Shown here piece after piece: positions 49,521 to 63,849 of a DNA stretch of 64,000 bases. The notes under the pieces were generated by a model that saw only the letters and a program-made list of their open reading frames with translations, did no database searches and had not been told where the DNA came from. The stretch covers positions 248,001 to 312,000 of the forward strand of contig CDROCS010002968.1 of NCBI GenBank assembly GCA_977020255.1, read 5' to 3'. Both the position numbers and the translations under genes were made by a program. Each line of letters begins with the position of its first letter. Position 1 is the stretch's first letter. The DNA is from Obrimoposthia wandeli (lineage: Eukaryota).

Positions 49521-50124
49521 TAAGGCATTCGAAATTCTTCGACTGGCTTAGTGTGTGGAATACTAGGAGAATTAAAAACATTACTTGTAGAGTATTAAGT
49601 GAAAATTTATACTGAAAACATTCTCCAAAAAAGACAAATTACTTTGACCAACATTTAACTACCTTTCAATCAGCACAACACGCTGCAAACAAAGAGATAA
49701 GCGTAAATTAAACGACATGAGTAAAGATTTTGTGCATTTCATTGCGCTAGTGATAGTAAAATTGGTTTGTTTCTCTTTGATCTCATTGCATTACATTCAT
49801 CCAGGACGAAAGTGAGTTAGCACATTTGCTTAATCAACATTTAATTATCAACAGAAATATCTACAGTTATCAAAAAATACGTTTTATGTTCAAGGCTGTA
49901 AGACTGTGCATTTGTGGAACGCTGATTAAATATAATACCTTTTTGAAACATTATAATTATCTTATTAACTACTTTATTAAAGAATGTTTTTCAGAATGTC
50001 CATGGCTATAACACTATAACATAACACTGTATCTTCTTCTTTTACTCAAGTTTTAAAATGTGGAAAATGTTAATTTGTTTATTTTAAGTTTCATTATTTT
50101 AAATCTATTTATTTCATTTTAGCT

Positions 50125-51140
50125 ATGATTCCTATTGAAATAAAGAAATTCGTGAAACACCATAAACACCTGGGCAAAACTTATGATGAAATTAACGAAA
50201 TATTGCTATTGCCTGTCCGAAGCATTAAGTACATATGTTTATATAAACCGAGATCCCATAAACGCAAAACGGGAACTAAACGTTTAATTACTGAAAATGT
50301 ATCAAGTCGAATAATGGGACACATCGTGAAAGAAAATCATTTGGAAAGAAGAGCGAATTGTAGAACAATTTTTAATGATTTAATATTTAGTGTTAGCAGA
50401 AGAACATTAAATAATTTATTATTAAGAAAGCAGCTGAAGTACAAAAACTATTCATGTTCTATTCTTTTGACTAAGTATCAAAAATTGAGAAGGATTAATT
50501 TAATACGCAAATGGATCAATAATATTATAAATTTTAATCATGCGGTTTTCACAAACGAGAAAAAAATTTAAGCTAGACGGTCCTGATAATTGGTAAGATT
50601 GGATAATAAAATATATAATTTATTGATTAAGATGACATATGCTCCAAATAAGTTTAAAATTCAAAGAAAGCGACGTCCATGCGGATGAATAGGGAAAATA
50701 GTATGGGTATGGTAATGCCCAACAGTTTAGTAGCAGTATATTTTATAGAAGACAAGAACGATAAATACCAATATTTAGATATCATAAAAAAATATAGAAC
50801 TAAGATTGTGAACCTAAATTTAATAGAATATTACTTAAAATCAACACAATGGTAGTGCCCACACCTCAAAAATAGTGCTACAATGGTTTTCAGAAAATAA
50901 TGTAAATTTAATATAATGGTAAGCTCATTTCCCAGATATTAACCTTATGGAAAATATATGGAAGCTAATATCAGATCACGTCTATGCATAAAGTAAAATT
51001 GATCATTTATTAACTTTGAGGCAAAGAATCAATGATGCTGTGCTAGACATAAATGCGATAAAAAGAGACGTACTATTGAAAATGTACAGTATTTTAATTC
51101 CAAGGCTTACAACTGTTTCAATATCTTGAGGAAATATATA
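50125..51140 (+). mobile_element. Tc1 (DD34E) transposase relic, near full length
   Basis: HTH region, VFTNEKK/FKLDGPD, QHNGSAHTSKIVLQWF, FPDINLMENIWKLI. Confidence 0.9.
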
Positions 51141-51639
51141 TAAATGTGGCTGAATCTTGTTACGCTAAATATAAAAACATATATAAAAATTTCGTTAGAT
51201 TAGATAAAAAAAACTTTACCACAAATTATATATATATATTTAAATCCTTTGTTTAAAGTATTAAATATATGTTATGTGTTGTTTTTAATATATTAAATAT
51301 AATAGATTTTATAATGTTGTTAGATTTTATAATACAATAAAAATACCCATTAAGGTTAAACAAAGTTATGTTTTTTATATTTATTTAGACAAAAAAACTT
51401 TTCCATCACGATACATGAGCATTTTCCTAGAATTTTAAAAATCATTCCATAAATAGTTTATTGCTACATAATTTTAATATATTTCATTTTATTCCAATTG
51501 TATATTCAATTACTTCTAAAGATATCTATGATAATATGGAAAATCTGTAAAACAATATAAATCATTACGATTACGACCGGATGATTTGTTCTGATTTAAA
51601 ATTTGTTTCAATTTTACTTGGGTTACAGACTAATATTTG

Positions 51640-52350
51640 ATTTTTATACGTGGAAGACAGTAGAGCCAATTCTAGTAAATACTTTAAGAAAGATTGAGTA
51701 AATAGAATTGATTATTTTATTGACAAAGAAATTGTAAAATATATCTTTAGTTGAAAAAAAAGTGATTTTCCATCGTTTACATGTAAAGCTAAACTTGATG
51801 GAGGTTTGTTTATGAATTTATTTTAAAAATATTTTCAAAAGTAAATCTTGCAAGAGTCACAGTAGGAATATTTAATAGACTTAAAAAATTGAATAGCAAA
51901 TAATTCATTTCAATTCGACTAAATATTTTAAATATCAGGAATTTTGTACATAGAAGGCATTCTGTTTTTTTCTCATAACTTCTTGATTAATACTAAGTCA
52001 ACAAACTCCATTTTGATATCTCATATCTCATTTTTTCCAGAAAACGTAATTCCTTTAAGTGATGAGAATGTAGAAATGTTTCATCAGAAATTGACATTTA
52101 TAGAAAAGTCATATTCAAGAAGATCGGATCCGGCAATGGTAGGGGAATTTTGTTGGTTTTTGACAAACACCCTTCAAAAGAAAAAATCGCAAATCGATAA
52201 CTAATTATCATTATAAAAAATAAAATATCTAAATTCGCCTGCTTCTCTTCTTTTTACATATTTATAAGTAACTTCATAATAATTTGAAAATCAATATTTT
52301 ATCTTTTACAAAAATCTAGACGTACTGGAATATTTTGCTTAGCACAATTT
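51640..52350 (+). mobile_element. CMC/Chapaev3-like transposase C-terminal relic
   Basis: SHISFFPENVIPLSDENVEMFHQ..IEKSY..PAMVGEFCWFL corresponds to SHLDFFPENLGAVSDEHGERFHQ..MLADYCW. Confidence 0.65.
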
Positions 52351-53299
52351 AAGTTTAAAATTTAACTGAACATTTTTTTCGTTCTATTTAATTAATAAAC
52401 ACTGTTTTACAATGTAATTTATCAAAAAATTATTCAGAAATTATAATTGAATTTCTGCACGAAATATCAAGGAAAACGTTTGAAAAGTACGTATAAAAAC
52501 CTTCAATAATAAACAGCATTAATATGTAATAAAAATTCGGCAGGTCGGTTTTCGGGTACGATTTCTCCTCCTGTCCATGTCGAGATTTCGAACTCTGACC
52601 ACCACTATTCAAATCTCCCAACAAATCTGTTCGATTGTTGATAAAAGATCTCTTTTCGGCATACGAATCTGCTGCTTCCTCTAGACTAATGTTGTTCTTT
52701 GCTATTACAAATTTGTCGATAATACCAGACAGTATCTTTGCGCACTCCTCGTTGACATCATAGTTTCGCAGTAACCCAAAAATATCGTCTTGGGCCCCCT
52801 GCAGGAGGTTATAATTACTCCCGTTGTTTACCTGCGCTTCATTATTTCTCTTCCTGACCATGTCGAAGTTTTCAGATGTTGAAAGTTTAACAATCATGTG
52901 ATTAAAAAGTGAGTTTCATTTACTATCGACAGGAAATTCAACCATCGTTCTTGCATTATTCAAACAACTTTCAAGCATTATCAGATGCACCTTCTTAAAC
53001 GGCCTGTTAAATCATCAGACATCAATTTGCCGGAAATGTAGGGGAATTATTGTCCGACCCAGTGCATGCAGGAACAAAAATAAGTTAGGTAAGAAAATCG
53101 ATGAAACATTATTTAAATTACAAAAATAAAATGCATTTGACTGGAAATTTATTTGTTACTATGGGATTTATGATATGTAAATAGTTACTCTGGATTGAAC
53201 TTGTTAATAATTCACGTCTTTTTATAAAATATTTTATAAGTTATTGAAATGTGAATTTCGTCATTTTTATTTTACTCAATATTTAACATAATCTATAAG

Positions 53300-53670
53300 C
53301 TTTAAACAACTACTTCTTGGACAAGCCATCTTTTTTACGTTTCTTCTTAATCGATCGCTTTGAAAATGTTCAATATTCTGGTGAATGCATTAATTCAATA
53401 AATGCATTTCCACTTAATTCTTGAAAGTTTACATTCTTGAACTTTTGCGTACTTCTTGTTAAACATTTGCTGTACAAATTGAATACATTCCTTCTTCTCG
53501 ATTACTTTTAGAAAGTTATTATAAATATAATCTTTCCCTAACAGCTAGCCAACCAGGCTTCTTTAAATGTACAGTTGTACTTTCACATTTTTATGTATAA
53601 GATTAAACGCGCACATATTTTTTGAATCATTTGCAATTTCTTCAAATAACATTCCGTTATATGGTAAAAT
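53300..53670 (-). mobile_element. Non-LTR retrotransposon (L2/CR1-like) 3' fragment
   Basis: LKKLQMIQKICARLI...VHLKKPGWLAVRERL corresponds to LQxIQNxAARxI..LxWLxVxxR. Confidence 0.55.
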
Positions 53671-53697
53671 GAAAAGTTTGGAAACTATAGTTTAGAG

Positions 53698-54337
53698 CAG
53701 TGTTTCTTAACCTGGGCGCTACCGCCCCCTAGTGGGCGGTGCTGGCTTTTAGGGGGGCGGTAGCGGAAATACTCAGGGGCGCTATGGGGGGGGTGCTATG
53801 TTCAGAAGGTGTAACTATATTTTTATACCATAAAACGTCCAAATCTGGATCTTACCCATAACATGGAACCATTTTGAACTTTGTTTTGTTCCCGCCAGAA
53901 CTCATTAACCATTCATAATACGACTAGAGTTGCCAAATACTTTTTTAAGGTCGAAACAAAAGCCTTGTGGCGACAGTCATTAATTAGCGCTTGGAGGTTA
54001 AACATGTGATGTAGAGTTGATTAAGTGACATGCCGGTTGAGTGCTAAAAAAATAGCCTAAATTGAAAGTCTTGAAAATAAAACTTAATCAAAGATCCGAT
54101 CTATTATTTTGTACTTATGTAGTACCTCCAGGAATAATCCACTAAGGAATAAATAGAAAATAGTTCACTGTAAATATATTTGATATTGTATATCAATTTA
54201 CGCATATAAACTTTGTACTAATTTTTGTATGATTTTTATGAAATAAATAATTTGAATTGAATTGAATTTATGGTGGGCGCCAGCCTATGGAAATCTCTGA
54301 AAAGGGGCGCTGGGAAGAAAAAGGTTAAGAACCACTG
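53698..54337. mobile_element. Non-autonomous hAT (Buster-type) MITE
   Basis: TIR CAGTGTTTCTTAACCT / AGGTTAAGAACCACTG; perfect 8-bp TSD GTTTAGAG (NNNTANNN) at 53690-53697 and 54338-54345; GC-rich subterminal GGGGCG repeats. Confidence 0.96.
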
Positions 54338-55664
54338 GTTTAGAGGAAACCATGGCTTATGTAATTAATTTTGTTGTTGCTTTTGATAGGTACTTTTTTT
54401 AAAAAAATATTATTATATGTTCTAACTGATGTGTTTATTTATGAGATCATAGTTAAACTTGAATCAAATGTGCAACATTTTATTTTTACTATGCTTTTAA
54501 ATTCAATAAAACCTGTTTGGACTGCCATCAATTTATTGATATTTTTGCAAAACCAAATAAAATAGTTTTGGACTCCAGTTTTGAAAGGAAACATTTTAGT
54601 CTAAATGATAAATAAGTGATTAAATAAATAAATTCAAAAAACATATACAATTATTTCTGTAAAAAACAAGTACTAAAATTCAAAAGTTGCAAAAACACCT
54701 AGAATCCATATAAGGGACTAAAAAATTATTTGTTCTTAATAACACAGTAAACCTAAAGATCTAACCTTCTAACGAGGGAACTAGCATAATTTAACGTATA
54801 ATAAATTTCATTTTCATTTGTTTTAAAATAAAGGTTGTTCTCTCGCTGGAAGTGAAAATATGTTTAGATCTGCTGTGTTATAAAGTCCAATACATTTTCT
54901 CGAAATATTATGTTCAGTTCTTAAATGTTTCTACGCATTCTATGTTTTACTATCTGTTATTTTAAGAGATATTTGTAGATATATATTAAATTTACTTATT
55001 TAATCGATAGTTTATCATTTAAATTATCAATGTTACAATTGAAAACTCGAGTACTCCGTCAGTTTTATTGGAATTTAATTTTAAACTTTCTATTCGCAAT
55101 CTAAAACACTATTTTGTTCAAATAAGTGTAATAATTTTTAAAAATTTATTAATTTTACTATTTTATTTTTTTTGATATATATTTTTATTATTCGTTAAAA
55201 AATTAAAAAAAACATTTGGCTTTAAAATTTCGCCAGTAGATTTTTTTTGATTATTTAATTAAAATTCATTGTAAATATATTTTTGACACTGAATTAATAA
55301 TTGTTTTCTTTAATGTTTTTCGGTTATTTAGAAATAATGAAATATCTAAGAGTTTATTTAAGAAAAAACAAAATTATTTGTTAAGTTTGAGTTGGATTAT
55401 TTAGCTCAGTCTAGACATTTTTGCAGTGCCACTGACTGTTGACTTCTTTCTAGTAAATACAGCTTGGTTTCTTTAGTTACTTGAAGTAACACGACGAAGA
55501 TAATAGATTTTGAAAATCAATTTACCAAACGTTTTGTCATATTTTGGTATAGTTGATTCCGATAATGTATCCATGAAGTTAAAATATGATAAATATGTCA
55601 TTCATCTTATTGCTAAAACAACATAAATTTAGAGGTCATGGTAAACTATTTATCCCCTACAGTT

Positions 55665-57700
55665 TGTCACGATTCCCATTAATGGGAATTATTCTAATCT
55701 GAGTTTGTAGGTCAGTGACTGAACTGGGGCAGTAGTGGAATTAATTCGGCGGTTTAATGGTCGTCTGGGGGCACCTGGATATAGAGACCGATTTAATGAC
55801 TTAGGAGACGTGACCTCTTCGGTTGGGTAGGGTCTGGCAGAGACGATAATTAGATTGGTGAAGATCATTCAGACTCTGTGGTTACGGAGGAGGCCATATT
55901 CAGAGGAACTTTGCGGACATTTAGAGTAATGCGACAGAGGGATTTTTGACCACCAGTATTTCAAAATTGATAATAAATTGAAAAAAAGTATTCAATATAC
56001 AGGATAAAGATGAGCACAAATCTTTTGATTCAATATACCATTAAGGATACGGTTAATTAACATAACTATAGATTCACAAAAAATTCAAAATACAAAGTTA
56101 ATGGTCATGAAAAATGAATTAACTTTCCTTAACTTGAGCTACTTCTGATAGTAATCCTAAAGACAAACTTAATTGAAATATCAAAATAAGTAAATGTATA
56201 TATATATATATATAGCGTTATTTACATACATAGCAGAGAAAAGACTCTTAAATTAATACATCAATTATCAAAATTGGCTATTAAATCTTTAGTGAATTAA
56301 TTAATTTAAATATTTTATTTCTGAAGACTGTATCGAAAGTTGTTATCAACAAGCCACACAATTTCTAAAATGAATAAAACAGACTCATACATAAATCAGT
56401 TTGTTTCTGAAAAAGAATATAAAATTACGCAATAACTAACTAGATATCCTTGATAATTTCATACACGCACGTTTCAATCTCATATCTAAGCTGCTCCAAT
56501 TTATTAATTTTGTTATCATAAACTTTGTATTTTAAGAAGCCCCAGTAAATGAAATACATTAAATTCAAATCTGGACATTGAGCAGGCCATGTGAAGGAGA
56601 AATTTTAGACGGTGATATGTTCTGGTGAAAAGAAGAGTTTTTGAGATAGTTTTTGACATCATTATTTACATACACATCTAAGAGAGGAAACCACATGATC
56701 TTTTCATATCTTAATAAATGGTTGATCGTTTGACGTTCCTTTACAGAAAACCAAAATCTTGGGAGAATATAGTGATGTTTTAGCCAAAACAATGACCGGT
56801 TTATTGCCGGAGCTTTATTTGCAGTTTTCGACATACAATCTAAATCCACTTGGATTTCTTTTTGGGATTTGACAATTTATTTGATCAAGTGACCATTGTC
56901 CTCAAAGGTTGCTGCTGGTCTTCAGCTACCCTCTCTCTCTCCTTTAAATCGTCAACAAACCATCATTCCACTCTCTGATTACTTGTAGTGAAGACTGATT
57001 GTTTGCGAGATACAGTTGATGGATAATGCAGTTGAGATTTCTGCTAGTGAACATTGAAAATTTGTTCTTACAATTCATATTCAAATTGGTTCATTTTGTT
57101 AACCGGGTGCCAGAAGTGCTACATCCACTTACTTACTGTATATTCCACAGAAAGTCGATCTGCGATTTTCTTAAAAGAAACAAATACAAGCTTACTATTG
57201 ATATTAACAAATCGGCTGTTTATTGCAAATATAAATTAAACCGTCTAGTTGGTAGGTTATTTACAGCTTCCTAAATGCTATACATGAATCAAAAAATTCA
57301 GAAAATGTTTAAAAAATGTTTCTGTTGTTGATAGTATTACGGGGAGAAAAGATTAAGTTCACGCAGAACAATGGAAAACAAAGTACGAAATTACTGGGAA
57401 ATATACCAATGATGGGAAAGTTGATATATAATACTGACATAAATTAGGTCCACGATTCAATTGTAGCTCCATACAATGCATATCGCAACTGGAAACTCAA
57501 ACTATCAATATGCAGGGAAGTATTGATTAATATCCATATAAATCTCTACCACAAATCTCTATCCTTAAGTACCATGGAATTCTAAAATTGGTTTTCCATT
57601 TATTTTCTTTAGTAGAATATCTAATTAAGCCACCGATGAAAATGTACAAAATGTGAATTTGAAAGCTGAGCCTAAAGTCTTATATAATAGGTTGCTTCAA
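55665..57700 (-). mobile_element. Gypsy relic: RT fragments, integrase Zn-domain and 3' LTR end
   Basis: KENKWKTNFRIP, IYMDI, QIDFL (RT); MWFPLL..DVKNYLKN..HGLL (integrase HHCC region); minus strand ends ...GTGACA at 55665. Confidence 0.6.
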
Positions 57701-57849
57701 CAACAAAAACCATTTTTATTTGAATCTATATCGTTAATTTTTTTGTATAGAAAATAAAAATTATCATGATTGTGTGTTTTAATATAAACGTACAAACATT
57801 TTTTTAAAAGATTTATAATCAAAAAGGTAAGTAAATATATTATCCATAA

Positions 57850-58610
57850 TTGATTTTGAGGTTTTTAAAAAGTTATAAAGTTTAAGTCAATTTTATGGCA
57901 TTTGAAATAAGTAGCAAGTAGTAAAAAAATATGATATTTGTTTGAAAATGATGAAAGGTTGACCACTGATTGAACACTATCCTTTGACTTAGATCATCTG
58001 AAGGATATCATTGAGAGAAATCCAAATAAAATGTATCGAAAATGAGCCAAATGAGCCGAATCGTTAGTATCAACGACTTAGATAATATTGGAAAGTTAAC
58101 AGAAAGCTGTTATACATTTATCAGGTTTTGACCGACAAATAAGCAAGAAATAGACTATTGGTGCGTAAAAACTACTCATAAACCCTCTTTGACAGCAAAA
58201 GTGAAGGTGAGGATAAAAAATCATTCTCAAAGTTTTTTATATAGAATTTCTAAGGCCTTCTGCCACTTCAAAGTTTTATTGCTACCTTCTTCAAACAATG
58301 ATTGAAAACATGAAGATTAAATACCCTTATTTAGACAAAACATAAAAGAGTAAGCAGAAACATGACTGCACACTCCATTTCACGAGCATCATTCAGAAGA
58401 ATTAAATTTTATCGTAAATATTGGTCCTCTACCATACAGCCCAGACGATTTAAATCAATGGTTTTTTGACAGCCATGAATTCAAAGAACAGCTCAAAGGA
58501 GTTCAAAATTTTCTGATTCAAAGTCCAAGAAATGGTACTGACGAGGAATTGAGAAATTAGCAAGAATTTGGGCTGAATGTTTACAAGAAATTGTTTTTAC
58601 TTTTATTGAT
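57850..58610 (+). mobile_element. mariner transposase relic, internally deleted
   Basis: FENDER..FDLDHLKDIIERNP, PYSPD, GIEKLARIWAEC. Confidence 0.72.
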
Positions 58611-59739
58611 TTCTTGTCATTTTTCAAAAACCGATTTGCAAATGTGTGTCTTAAATCATTCATTGTTTTCGAAACAACATAATGACATAAATACTAAAAA
58701 AATAAGAGAATAATAATATTGTCAGTTAAAAAAGTTGTAAACAAAATTATATAAATATAATTAAAGGAAAATAAAAAAACTTAGGGATTTAACTATCGTT
58801 GTTTCCTTTTTACCTTCAAATATTGCAACATATTTTTGCTATGATTTAATTATGAAAGTAATTTAACATCAGCTATTTTGATATTTCAAAATAGTTGATG
58901 AACGACAAATTATTTCATTTTATTTGTAATTGAATTGGTATTTGACTCTTTGCTCCAATGGTTTTATTGCTTTTTAAAACTAACCTGAATAATATTTTTA
59001 TATTTGTAATTTACAAAATTGCTATTTTGTAATAAATAATTCAATTTATTTCTCTAAAGTGATATGGTTTTTCAAATTTTTCATCAAATAAATATTTTCA
59101 AATTCGAATATTAGTTATTATTCTGATTTTTAAAATATTTCATTAAAATGCACAATTGTGGATAATTATTTTTATCACAGTCAACATAAAAAGGTAAAGT
59201 TTTTTAGAAATACACAGAAAGATTTAAAAGAATTTTACATTTTTTACATTAAATATAAAATTTATAGAGTTGAAATACTGATAAACTTAAAAAATAGCAT
59301 TTAATTTAAACAATTCATTTCTACGGGATATGTTTTCTAAGTTCCAAGAACTTGTTTATTTTGTTTCACATTACTAACAAATATAAGTAGCATAAAAACA
59401 ATGAAACTAATTTAAAATATTGTTCCAATTAAAATTTTCTTTTAGCAAAACTTCATCTTTTCTTTATATTTAAAGCGTAAAAACTTTTATTCAGAGATCT
59501 GAACAGTATTTTTTTTATAAATAATTTTTTTTTTTAATAATAACAATAATATATTTTATATAGCTCTAATATCTAATAAAGCTGTAATTTTTTACTCAAA
59601 AGTACTTCATGTTTTCCAATGCAAATATTAATATTCAGCTGCTTTTTGAATTTTCCAAGATTGAATTATTTTCTAATATTCTTCGGTAAATTGTTGAAAA
59701 GATTTGGAGCTTAAATTTCAAAAAATCCTGGAGCAAAAT

Positions 59740-60650
59740 TTCGACTGAAAAAATATGAACATTAATTATTGTTTTTAAAAATGAATATTGTAGACTGAAC
59801 TTTGACTGAAAAATAAAATCGATAGGGTGCGTCGAACGAATTAAAAAATAATTAACATAAGTTCAACCGAACGCAAACGGAACTTCAACTGAAATTCATG
59901 TCATTAAATGAAAATTAGACAAAAAATCATAACTTTAATAGAAATAGAACAAAACAAATTTGGGTCAAATTTATTTTGAAAAAGTCAATTTGGACATAAA
60001 TTTATTTTAGAATTTTAGCATAGGTCGAAAATAAGTTTTGAATTACGATTACATTTTAGTGAGAAGATACTGCTACTAAAAAAAATAAAGAAAACATCGA
60101 AAAGAGTTTATCAAGGGTATTTTCCCAAACAACAGTTAATTTAAAAAATAGGAATTACCATTAATACATCAGAATGTCAAAAGGGACATGTTAAATTGCA
60201 AGTGGTTGAAATTTATGGGAGGCTAACAGAACATGGCTGGTTACAAAAACCAAATGTCTACAAGATATATATACATGATTTGCATCTGCATCTTAACAGA
60301 CATATCAGCGATTTGTTGCTATTATTTATATTTTATCACAGTAGTCAAATTATGTAAACAAAAATAAGTGACATTTCAAGGTTTAAAAATCTGTACTTTC
60401 TTTTATTAATTTTTCTTTTCTTCACATATTTATTTTATGGAGTATTCATATTTCAGTGCAAGGTCCACTTAAAAAACATTCGAAGATCTGAAAAAGTAAA
60501 TAAGTATTCAGTCGAAATCCCGTTGAAGTTCCTTCAAAAATGTACAAAGGTCAAAGTTCCGTCAGTCAAAGTTTTATTAGGCCATAGTTTATTAATTTCT
60601 GGTCGAAATAAATTCGTTGAAAGTTCCATTCGGTTGAAGTTACATTACTC
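59740..60650. repeat. Imperfect inverted-repeat (foldback/MITE-like) element
   Basis: Short motifs TTCGACTG, ACTTTGACTG, TTCAACCGAA and GAACTTCAAC at 59740-59900 recur inverted at 60500-60645. Confidence 0.5.
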
Positions 60651-61023
60651 TATTTGTTTTTTGTTTGTATTTGAGAATGTCTTAAACAATCTTCAGTCAT
60701 AATCGTTGCTCCTTGATGCATTTAAATAAATATTTATAGTTTTCTTAGAGAATAAGAATGATTTTGAATTTGATTATGGTACTGATCATTAACCAATGAA
60801 GGTTCATCAAATATTCACTTGTATTGTTTTTCTTTAATTTGATTATAATTTGGATGATTGTTTAAATGTTTTTACAAGAGATTCAATAGATAAGCAGGAA
60901 TATTAAAAACGTAAATAATTTTAAAGATCAAGTCCTGATGTAATAATTAGAGCAAACCTTTGTAGCCTACAGTTTAAAAATATGACTTTTTATAACAACA
61001 AACATAAAATTAAGTATAAAGAA

Positions 61024-61500
61024 TTATACTATGTATTTTTCTAAATTAGAATAAATAACAATATAATTCGAAATATATATGTCACTTGTATTCAGTTTAT
61101 TTAGCATAGAAAAAGATCTTTCCACTGCTGCAGATGTAGCCTGACATTTTTGAAGCTTTGCGTATGGGGTTGGTGAGATTGTTGATATAATCATATTAAC
61201 TCTATCCCAAACGTCATTTGAATTGAATCGATTTGTTAAATATCTTCTAATATCACATATAATATAGTAACGAATTTTTTTAAACCAAAATTTACACACT
61301 AGAAATTTTTTTAAATATTCAGACAATTTAAATTTTAAAACAATTTTAAAAAGAATAATTTTATTTTATAATTAAAAATAAAATTGTTACATGTTTTAAA
61401 CAAAAAACTATTTAAATTTTAAAAAAACTACTTAAGAGGAACAAATGTCTCGCGGTCGACCCAAAACTGTTTCGCGATCGACGGGTTTAACACCCATATA
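61024..61500 (-). mobile_element. Deleted hAT element: 5' end plus dimerization-domain fragment
   Basis: CQATSAAVERSFSMLNKL; minus-strand end GGGTGTTAAACCCGTCGATCGCG..GGTCGACCGCG is typical of hAT termini. Confidence 0.75.
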
Positions 61501-62719
61501 TCCTCACCCAAATTTAAATTTAACAAATTAACGGCTTCTTGAATTTTAATTATGGGGTTTTCGAATTTTCTTACTGATTGTGACAATTTCATATAATCTT
61601 TTTGAATAACACATAAGTCTTTATCTACGTGAAACTTATTGACACATGATTTTGCTCTTGAAATTAGTTAGCCTTCGCCTTCACAACTATTAATCCTATT
61701 TTTAGTCGGTAAATGGTTACTGTAGTACTTTACACTCTTTGGCCAAGTTCCATTCTATTTTCATGAACTAAATCTTTACTAGTTACCAATAATATAGTAA
61801 CATGAAATTTGATATGAATTAAAACACTTAAATTTATTTCAGTCATTTAAATTATGTTTACTTTAAAATATTATTAATAACAAATATAAAGACAAATTAA
61901 AAAATATATATATATATTTTAATAGAAAAATTAAAATGTAACTTTTTTTATTCTTGATTAAAAATATGAATTTTATGATAATATATTACAAAGTCATTAA
62001 AAGTCCGCCCTATCAATAATCAATAAGTAAATAATATGTTTTGATTTTTTTGTAGATTTTAAAACTTATAAAACTTATCTATTGAAAAGGAAAAGAATAG
62101 AATGGAAATTAATTTAAAAAATAATTTATTATTAATTTACTTATATATTGCTTTTATATGCTAGTAACGTGAAATAAACTAAATAAGTTTATTGAAATTG
62201 AAAAATGAATCTATTAATTGTACAATGAAAATTCTTTAGACTATATACAATATTTTCTTTAGCAATGTACATTTTCGAAATTTATTAAACAAACAAAATA
62301 ATTTAAAAAAATTAGAATTATGTTTGAGATATTTTCCTGAAAAATATATTAATTTATAGATTGTTACAAGTTAAAAAATTAATTAGGTTTACAAATATTT
62401 TTATTTTGATGTTTAATTGTAAATGTTTAATATCTTATTTGAATCACATACTCAGCACACAAACCTTTGGTCCTATTGACGGCGGGCTTCAGATGGCATA
62501 CCCGTTTAACCATAATTCCATAGGTCCATTTAATTACTTAATACCTTGGATAATTATAGTTAAGTGTGTATGAAAGTCTACTTTTTATCTGAAAATCCCA
62601 TTGAAAACGTGAGGGGAAAATCAAGTAATTTCATATTACTAAAATTTTAATATTTTTAACATTTTGTTTCATTAATAAATTAAACTTTCAATATTCAATT
62701 TGAAATGATTAAAATAAAA

Positions 62720-63210
62720 AAAATCATGATAACAAAACATCGATGTAATTGAATCCGCCGAAGATAATGGTATCAAAGCTTTGACTCGGCGCTAAAGTGT
62801 TAAATGAAAATGAAAAACAAAGTTCTTCAACAGATGAATTCGGAGAAACGCACCCGAAGATATCGAAATAGTATTGGCCAGAATTGGAAAAAAAGGAATT
62901 GAAACCAGTCAAATCTCAAATAAAACGATTAAAAAGAAACCAAAAGTTTAGCCAAAGTTCTGTTTCAAATCTCCGAATTCGAGGGAATTAATGAATGGTT
63001 AGCTCGATTCATGAGAAGTAATCAATTGTCTTCTTGCCCAATAATACGTGTTTGTCAAAAACTTTCATACTGGGAAGTAAAATGACTTTTAAACATTTTG
63101 TGGATAATCAGAAAGCAGGAATCGATTTACAAAAATGGGAACTACAGATGAAATTCATGTTAGTTTTGATATAGTCGGAAGACGTTCGATCGTTAGAAAA
63201 GTTAGAACAT
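62720..63210 (+). mobile_element. pogo (POGK-like) transposase relic
   Basis: VIESAEDNGIKALTR (HTH), EWLARFMRSNQLS..VCQKL, TDEIHVSFDI..RSI. Confidence 0.72.
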
Positions 63211-63849
63211 CAATTTAATTTTTTTAAATTTTAATCAGTCTAATATACGAACAATAATATCGATATAATCTTAATATATCGTAAAATTGTGGTACAGTAA
63301 ATGGCGTAATCACATTGCGACTAATTTCAATTTGTCTAATTTACAAAAATTTCTTATTCTTCAAAATATTTTAACCTGATATTAAACATGTTTTAAATTT
63401 TGCAACATAATTTTAAATAAATTTTCGGCTCCTCTAATACATTGTAGTTATAATTTATTACAAAATTTAAAGAAATATTTTAAGTTTGTATTTTAAGCCT
63501 GAAGTTAATGAATAATTCCCATTATTTTAAGTCAGTTGTTGAATATAAATGAAAATGGGAAAAACATTATATCGATATGTAGTTTTTAGAATATTATAAT
63601 AACAATCCAATGTATATAAATTCATTATGAAAAATGGTTTATTGAAAATATTTATTTGCTTTCATTTTAAAAGGTACAATAACTATATTAAATTACTGAA
63701 TTTGTTGTTTGATAATTATTGTAAATTAACATTGCTAATGTATTTTTTGTCAATATTCATGATGATTATCGTATGTGTATTAAAAATCATATTGAATAAC
63801 ATTGACATTAAATTATGAATTGTCCCAACTGAGCAAAAGTCTGTAAACT

